A stretch of DNA of 20,000 nucleotides from Conidiobolus incongruus B7586 (lineage: Eukaryota): positions 56,563 through 76,562 of the forward strand of contig JNEM01012718.1 in NCBI GenBank assembly GCA_000697335.1, written 5' to 3'. Position numbers and translations under genes: made by a program. The notes under the pieces are model-generated. The model was not told the DNA's origin. It saw only the letters and a program-made list of their open reading frames with translations, and did no database searches. Shown here piece by piece: positions 12,163 to 20,000 of this stretch (position 1 is its first letter; each line of letters starts with the position of its first letter).

Positions 12163-12447
12163 ATGTTATTCATTGATTTGATATCATCATTCTTATTATT
12201 AAATGCTATTTCATCTTTACCAGTTGATTCCGATAATGGAAACCACAATTTAGATCGACGTTTATTTGGAGGTCTTGCCTTTATTGATATAAGTGATCTC
12301 AGAGTTTTAAGTCCTGAATCAAATACTTTCAAGCTTAATTACAATGGTGGATATGCCAATTACTTTGGTAAACCAGTTGTATACTACAATCCAAACACCG
12401 TAAAACCTCAACCCCAGCAACAAAGTGGTCAAGCTCCTCAACAATAA
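12163..12447 (+). CDS. Small secreted prepro-protein of unknown function, 94 aa
   Basis: ATG at 12163 (the track's 12157 start is TTG). Hydrophobic signal peptide MLFIDLISSFLLLNAISS, then LP; short propeptide ending in dibasic DRR; Tyr/Gly/Asn-rich middle; Gln/Pro tail. GC is higher than in the flanks. Confidence 0.7.
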   Translation: MLFIDLISSFLLLNAISSLPVDSDNGNHNLDRRLFGGLAFIDISDLRVLSPESNTFKLNYNGGYANYFGKPVVYYNPNTVKPQPQQQSGQAPQQ

Positions 12448-14009
12448 CAGCCTAATCAACTCAATTACATACAATACTAAGTTTTTAAATAAACCAGTCA
12501 ACTAGTTTTCATTTAAATTTTAATATAAAATACTAATATATTGCAATTTTTAAACTATAATAACAATAACTAACATTACCACATGGAATATGATATTCGT
12601 TTTATATCAACTAAAATAATTTAAAATTAATGAACGAACAAGCTAAGTTATTAACTGATATAATAATATTCTTAATATGTTTCATTTAAATAAGTTTTGC
12701 AACTAAATAATAATAATTTCTAACACCTTTTCAAATTAATATTTATGTAGTTTTTATCAAAAATCATTTGAATATAAATAATTTACTATAAAAAAATAAA
12801 ATTATTATATCATAATATAATAAAATTAATGAATTTTTATCATATTTTTAATTTATTGACTATTTTAATACAAATCTCTTATTAAATTAAATAAAAATTG
12901 GTGGTTTATATTGACATCCTGACTTTAAGGATGAAATATTAAATAATTCGTTTAAGTTGTTTAGCAAAGATATTAAGTTGTATAATTATTATATGTATAT
13001 ATGTTATTAGCATTATACCCTACAAATGTAACAGGCTTAGGATTATTTATAATTATTTATAAATTACTAATAACCACTTTATATTACTTGAATTAATATA
13101 AAACCATTTTTTAAATAAATTTTAAATTTTAATAATTAAGTCATAGAAAATAATATTGCAATTTTTTTCAAATTATAGAATTTACTAAAAATCTTTAAAT
13201 ATTAAATTATTGAGTCTGAAATCATCTAATGGATTTCAAAAATTCAAATACTTATCAATTATTTAGATTTATTTAATAATAAATATGAATTAAAATAGAG
13301 CAATTTAGTCATCAAAGAACATTGCTTTGAGTATAAAAAATGTCAGTGAAATTTTTAAGCCCCATTCTAAGAACTAACTCCCCCCTGAACTGAGAAATAG
13401 ATAAGACAAACAAATCAAGCACCAGATCAGTAAGAATTTCAACAACATTAAATACAATAGAACTTCGATTTAGGGTCTGGATCAAAAACTACAATATTAA
13501 TTGCGCCTTTTGAACTTGAATTTATATTTCAAAGTATTCAAATGATTATACTATTTCTATGATATTCAGTCATTATTTAAACTTTAGTATATTAACTTGG
13601 AGAATCTAATAAGAGCCTTAGAGCTTTTAAATTGATTAATAACTCTATATAAGTATCATGACTGAAGCCAAATCACTTCAGAATTCAATTAAAGTCAATA
13701 TTTTGCTAACTTATTTAAAATTATTAATAATTATAATCAAGTTGAAAACCTATAAAAACACATTAGTTCACAATATTAATCTAAATGATAATAATAAAAT
13801 ATATATAACTAAAAATATACTAGTTGATATTTAATAAACTTAATTTCTTCATGTATAATTAATAGTTTCTTTTTTGTATTTATTTCAGAATATGAATTAC
13901 TCTCCAAAACATGAAATGATTATAATTATTAAATTCCTTAATAAATTATATTATTACTTTATAGTTTAAATAATGGTAATTTTTTGTTATTGAAAAAATT
14001 AAACATTTG

Positions 14010-14244
14010 TGTTGGTAATATTACCAACCACTTACATTATTATCATCAAATCAAATGATCTCAACTGATCCCACAATCACTAAGTTATCTGTTATTATTT
14101 GATTTCACCTTTATTAATAAAAAAACAAGGGAGGAAGATGGTTTTTTTATCAAATTAAACATAGAATAAAAGATAAACTTACTTTTTTCTTTTACCATTT
14201 TAATTATAATTTCTGATCACATACATAAGAAAGAAAACCCAACA
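14010..14244 (+). repeat. 5' LTR (235 bp)
   Basis: Starts TGTTGG and ends CCCAACA. Aligns to 19200-19433 with 15 clear substitutions and two A-run length differences. Confidence 0.95.
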
Positions 14245-14245
14245 C

Positions 14246-14260
14246 TAGTAGAGAATCAGG
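14246..14260 (+). other. Mutated primer-binding site (possibly tRNA-Ala)
   Basis: TAGTAGAGAATCAGG begins 1 nt after the LTR. Reverting two TpA to TpG gives TGGTGGAG..., the complement of a tRNA 3' end CUCCA-CCA. Confidence 0.55.
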
Positions 14261-14280
14261 GTACCATTAGTAAATCCCAC

Positions 14281-15700
14281 ATAGATATTACCTTAGACTT
14301 TCTTTAACCTTAACTTAAATTACACTGTTATTAAATTAAAATATCTTTTTTATTCTTGAATCACTTTTTAACTATCTAAAAAAATATTTACTTAAGTTTA
14401 ATAACTAACCTAAGATCATAGTTAAAAATATAGATTTATACAATTTTCCTTACTTTTAATATACTAACACAAATTTCATTAAAAAAAAAGAGAGACTTTT
14501 AGAGACTTTACTTGAAGATATTCAACTTGATATATTTAACTAGATTTAAAAAACTTATAAATCTACTCACTTTATTAAACTTAAATTCTTTATAATTTAT
14601 AGAGATAGATGATATAATAGATTATTCACCTAGTGTGCTTTACCACACAATTATAAAACTAGCTTATTTTAATAGATCAAACAATATTCACAACTAGATC
14701 TTCTAATTGTATACTTATATATTTACTATAATACCTTTATATTCTAATAATTTTTTTACCAAAATATTAATCACTTACCTAAGTAGAAACACATTAACAT
14801 AGGCAAAAGCACATTTTAACACCACTAATAAGTTTTCAATTACTCTTAATTAATTCCTTAAGCTGTTTGTAAAGTACTTTACTTTTTTCTCTAATAAAAG
14901 ATATGTTGAAAATAAACTTTCAAAAATAAAACAAACTTTAATAATAATAGACTATATTAACAAGTTTAACAATATTGTAATTAAGATTCATAATATAAAT
15001 AATGTTGAAAAACACTATTGGTTTGTAAATAGACTTAAACCCTACATAAAGATAGAAATAAACAAGGTTAAAGCAACTACATTTGATAATGCTAAGAATA
15101 TCATATTTATTTATAATATAAACCTTCAAAAACTACTATTCTCTTAATAAACTCTGTTATATTTATAATGTAATAGTACCCTACCAAGTTACTTTTATTA
15201 TTTGAATTTTATTCCCAATTATAAACCTATAGATATAAATGTTATTCAACATTACTTACCTCTCCCCCACTTAACTAAATTAGAAAAGCAATAATTAAAA
15301 TCTATTGGTAATTATTTTCACTGTTGAAAACCTAGATATATTACCTTAACTTGTCTACTAAATAGAAAAATAACCTCAAACTATTATAAACCTTACAACC
15401 TTTTTCTTCTATATATAAACAACATTGAATTATTTTATCTACTTAACTATATATATCAATACACCTTATATCTTTTTAATGTTTATTATACATACCTTTA
15501 ATATAATTACCATCTTTTAATTACTTTTACTACTTAATTAATGTCTATGAATAATTAAAATCCTATCTTTGAAAACAAAACCTAAATAAGTTTTCAGGTA
15601 AGCTGCTAGAAAATCAAGTTGCTTTTAATAGCAACAATAATTCACTTGCTAAATTATATATTTTACACCTACTATATAAAAATACCAACACTACAAATAA
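14281..15700 (+). pseudogene. Degenerate gag region (boundaries approximate)
   Basis: Assigned by position between the PBS and the protease. Many stops; no motif confidently readable. Confidence 0.5.
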
Positions 15701-15791
15701 AAGATTATTCAACTTTAAACCTAAACACACTATTACTCTTAGTGAATTTACCTAAGATAATATAAATAGAGTTTTTTTAATTAAAATTACC

Positions 15792-18700
15792 TTGAATAAT
15801 ATTCCTTGTATTGTTTTATATAATAGTAGATATATTAATATAATAGTTAACAAAGAATTTATCAAAAATAACCTTAAAATAATAGTAACACCTTTGTTAA
15901 AAATTAAACATATATCTGTTATAAACAAACACTTGATTTTAATTAAATATAAATGTTACAACATTATAGTTTCTATAGGTTTTATTTTAGCTTGTTATAA
16001 TTTTGTTGTTGTTTTAATCTGATACAATATTATTTTAAACCTATTATAAATTATACTCAATAATACTTAAGTTAATTAAGATACTTATGTACTTTATATA
16101 AAATTTAGAAAGATTAGAGAATTAAAACAATGTAAACCTAACTTTAATAAATTTTTAATAGAGAAATATAATTAAATTACTTACTGAGACTAATTTAACA
16201 TTAATTCTTATACTTTAGTTTTTGCTAAAAATAACCTTATTAATAAATCACACTAAAGAAACAAACTAAGTAATATAGATAAAAACAACAAAAAGCCTAA
16301 TAATAAAATTTTACACTTATATGCTAATAAACTTAAGTTTAAATTTGCTGATCAACTCTAAAATAAACTACCTGATAAACTACCCTTTTAATGTTTAACT
16401 AACCTTAAACTAAAACTCCACCCAGATACAAAATTAAAAAACTACTTTATTTATAGAATATCTAATATTAAAATAAAAGCTCTTTAAGAAATCCTAGAAA
16501 AATTAAAGAAGAGAGGATAAATCTATAAATGTAATGTTTTATTCACCTCACTTGTATTTGTTATTAAAAAGAAAACTTCTGGTTATTAACTCCTAGTAAA
16601 TATATAGCAATTAAACAACACTATCAAAGATTACTTATAACTATTATTAAACATTTATTCTCTTTTTGATAAGTGTAAAAGATGTTTAATCTTCTCAATA
16701 CTTAATATAGTAAGTAAATATCAATAGTGTTGTATCTACCCTGAATTAAAAGTCTTCACTATATTCTATTATCCTTTTAGTGTTTTTGCTTAGAGAATTT
16801 TTTTACAAGGATGTAAAGTATTACCCTTAACTTTTAATAAAATAATATAGTTAATCTTTAAAAATATACCTTTTATTTGTATTTACCTAGATAATCTACT
16901 AATATATTTAAAAAATAAAGATGAACACAAACACTATTTTTAATTAGTATTCTAACATCTTTAAGAAAATTACTTATATGCTAACAAAGAAAAAACTCAC
17001 TTATTCTTAGATTATGTTGAATACCTTAACTATATTATATCAGGAAAAAAAGTTCACACTAACTTTAAAAAAATAGTAGCAATTAAAAATTAGCTAATTC
17101 CTACAAATATTAAACAAGTAAAATAGCTTCTAGGTGCCTTTAGATACTATTGTTGTTTTATCCCAAATTTTGCTAAAATTGTAGCCTTGTTAAATTAACT
17201 TATCAGCAAAGAAATTGAATTTAACTAGTTTAAAAATTGCCAAGCAGTTTTAGAATAATTAAAAAAACTTTTGTGTTCAACCCTAATCTTTTACTTATTT
17301 AATCTTAATCTAAACACTTATATTATAATAAACACTAGCAATTTTGTTATAAGTGTTGTACTTGAATAAAGCTACCTAAACAATTAACATCTAGTGGAAT
17401 TTATGTCTAAAAGCTTAAATAGTATATAACACAAATATAAAGTTTACAATAAAAAACTACTTGTAATTGTTTTAAACCTTAAATATTAACATCACTATTT
17501 ATTAAGACATTATGTTATTTTTGAGATTAATCACTACCCTCTAAAATATATCAAAACTTAAAAGAAATTATCTCCCACTTAGATACAATAGTTAAATATT
17601 ATTAATAAACACAATATTAAAGTTTGTTACAAACCTAGCAACTTAAATCTTTTAGCTGATAAATTATCTTGTCATTTTAATCTTAAAATAATTAACATTT
17701 AAACTCTTAATGTCAGAAAAAAACTACTTGATTATATTAAATAAAGTTATACTAAAGACCTATACTTCAATATTATTTACTAAGCATTAAATAACCTTAA
17801 TAACCTAGTCAACAAAAACTTAATTATAAAATTAAAATGTTATTGACTATATAATTACTTGTTGTATTACATAGCTAATGATATACTTTGTTTATATATA
17901 CCTAAATTAAATAAGCTGTGTGAATTATTAATCTATGAAAACTATAATACTTTTGTTTTAAAACACCTTAGGTATAATATCACCTTTAACTACCTTAGAT
18001 AATATTATTAGCCTTAAATAGATAAAACTATTAAATACTACATTAACTCTTATAACACTTGTTAAAGAATTAAAGAACATACTCAACTAAAATATAATCT
18101 CTTTTATCTTTATAAAGTCCTTTTATATCTTTTCTATATTATTTTAATAGACTTAATAATTTTACTTCCTAAAACAAAAAGGGGTAATAATGTTATTTTA
18201 GTTATTATAGATAAACTTTCAAAATTCACTTATCTGATACTTCTACACAAAGGAAAGTTTACATCTTAAATAATTACACAACTCTACTTCAAAACCATCT
18301 TTTGTTATTATAGCCTCTTATGTGTTATAGTTTCAAACTATAACCTTTGTTTTATATTATTTTTCTAGAAAAAACTCTTTAAACTAACAAGAACCAAGTT
18401 AAATATAACCTCTACAAACTACCTAGAAGGTGATAAAGAAACAAAAAGAAAGAACCAAACAGTTAAATAAGTATTGTGTGTATTTGTTAATTTTAAACAA
18501 AATAATTGGGATTTACTTCTTCCTTCTGTTGAATTTGTAATTAATTTATCTAAACAATTAAGTATTGAAAAATCACCAATGAAAATTATTTTTGGCTATA
18601 ACTTTATTACACTAAGCTTTTTAATTAACCTTTACTCTTTAATACTTAAATTAACTAATGTTAATTAATTTATTTAATAATATAAGAATACAATTAATAT

Positions 18701-19178
18701 AACTAGAGATCTATTAGTTAAAAACTAAAATTACATAGCTACATATACAAACTATTCTTGTTGTTACATCAAATTTAATATTAGAGACTAAATTCTTGTA
18801 GATATAAAATAATTTAATATTGATTATAAAAGAAGCTACCTTTCTAAGAAATTAAATGTTAAATAAATTAGCCTATTTAAAATCATTGATAAAATATCAC
18901 CAGTTGTTTATAAATTAAAATTCCTTGTAAATATAAAATCTCACAATAATATCTATGTATCATTTTTTAAACTTTATTTAAACTATCAAGATAAACTAGA
19001 GTGTCTTAAAATAGTTTATGATAATTGTTATAAAGTAAACTATTTTATTACTAAGAGAAAATTATATAATAAAAAACAATTTCTTGTTAAGTAGAAAGAT
19101 TACTTTATAGCAAAATTAAGTTGGGTTGATGAAGAAGATATTAATCTTAAATTAATTAAAGAATACATATATAGTTAA
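15792..19178 (+). pseudogene. Degenerate pol: aspartic protease, RT, RNase H, integrase, chromodomain
   Basis: All in frame +3: PR IVLYNSR (ex-DSG, 15822); RT IYLDNLLIY (ex-YLDD, 16884); LLGAFRYYCCFIPNFAKIVALL; RNaseH INTSNFVISVVLE (ex-TDAS, 17331) and NKKLLVIV; zinc finger Y..H..YY*P..YNTC (17943-18060); IN D18150, N18336 (ex-D) and K18444 (ex-E) with D-35-E spacing; ISLFKI (ex-GPF); chromodomain YKV...FLVK*KDY...SW (19029-19130). Confidence 0.92.
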
Positions 19179-19184
19179 AAACTT

Positions 19185-19199
19185 AAAAGAAAAGAAAAG
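19185..19199 (+). other. Polypurine tract
   Basis: AAAAGAAAAGAAAAG directly upstream of the 3' LTR. Confidence 0.85.
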
Positions 19200-19433
19200 T
19201 GTTGGTAATATTACCAACCACTTATATTATTATCATCAAATTAAATGATCTCAACTAATCCTACAATCACTAAATTATCTGTTATTATTTGATTTTACCT
19301 TTATTGATAAAAAAAAACAAGGGAGGAAGATAGTTTTTTTATTAAATTAAACATAGAATAAAAAATAGACTTATTTTTTTCTTTTACTATTTTAATTATA
19401 ATTTCTAATCACACACATAAAAAAAACCCAACA
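19200..19433 (+). repeat. 3' LTR (234 bp)
   Basis: Direct repeat of 14010-14244 with the same TG...CA termini, immediately preceded by a purine tract. Confidence 0.95.
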
Positions 19434-20000
19434 ATTAAAATATATAAAAAATAAAAATAAATATATAATATAAAATTAATAATTTTTTTTATTTCTAATA
19501 ACTTTTTGCTATATCTTTAACAAAGTTCTAACACTTAAAAAATAATTCTTTTTATTAAAAATTAATATTTGATATTTTACAAACCAATTAAATTTTTTTA
19601 GAAATTTTCTTTCTTATTAATTAGTTCTTTAATTACTTAAAGCATTTATAATTATATAAGTTATAATTTAAAGAATATACTAGATATTATAGTTTTTTCT
19701 AGTTATTTTTGATTAGAAAATTCTTTATAACTTTAACTTTATATATTTTATAATTATTATGTAAAATAATAGATTTTTTTAAATTATATTGAGAATATTA
19801 ATTAAAAATAGTTTTATTTAAAAAAGCAATATAAAGTTTATTATTAATTGATTTTCCTTTAAGAATTAAATAAAAATAGTATATATTATTATAATTTATA
19901 ACAATAATTAATATTTGTTTATCAATATAATATATAAAGGAATTTATAAAAGAGGTTAATTTAATTTAATTTAATATTTTAATTTATATTTTAATAAAAG

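Larger units (their letters stand above)
14010..19433 (+). mobile_element. Full-length Ty3/Gypsy chromovirus LTR retrotransposon, inactivated by transition hypermutation
   Basis: Two ~235-bp direct repeats bounded by TGTTGG...CCAACA, a PBS-like site, a polypurine tract, and degenerate PR, RT, RNase H, integrase and chromodomain in Gypsy order. Confidence 0.95.

Noticed and set aside
12150..12501. Two 60-aa minus-strand ORFs
   Set aside because: Antisense to the secreted-protein ORF, with no recognisable features.
13300..13545. GC-elevated patch reading KNVSEIFKPHSKN*LPPELRNR*DKQIKH... as a hypermutated pseudogene
   Set aside because: Stop density is close to what random AT-rich DNA gives and no family is recognisable.
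15522..15570. Gag CCHC zinc knuckle remnant (YFYYLINVYE...)
   Set aside because: Needs several reversions including a transversion at the last Cys; not supportable by eye.
14938..18668. ORF-track ORFs 14938-15129(-), 15792-16022(+) and 18474-18668(+) as independent genes
   Set aside because: The two + ORFs are stop-free fragments of the mutated protease and integrase; the - ORF is an AT-rich artefact.
15792..19178. Stop-codon reassignment (TAA/TAG read as Gln/Trp) to explain in-frame stops
   Set aside because: Host genes terminate normally at TAG/TAA with no internal stops, and the pol catalytic residues are also destroyed.
19434..20000. Second element in the extremely AT-rich right flank
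   Set aside because: Plausibly a more decayed repeat, but no terminal repeats or protein motifs are readable.

Overview
Very AT-rich eukaryotic DNA, most likely fungal. The ~50-nt GT-AG introns and base composition suggest an early-diverging, non-Dikarya lineage, but that is inference only. The left 12.5 kb is genic: an intronless hexokinase (+), a 2-exon Mhr1/mL67-like mitochondrial protein (+), a 3-exon SEH1 nucleoporin (+), a 14-exon Mediator subunit MED1 (-) and a small secreted prepro-protein (+). The right part holds a full-length 5.4 kb Ty3/Gypsy chromovirus LTR retrotransposon (14010-19433) with both LTRs, a probable PBS, a PPT and PR-RT-RNaseH-IN-chromodomain, all in one reading frame. 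The element is saturated with C>T/G>A transitions: all 15 clear LTR-LTR substitutions are transitions and 11 are at CpA/TpG. I found no CpG from 13506 to the window end. This looks like RIP-like repeat-directed hypermutation and is the most interesting signal in the window.
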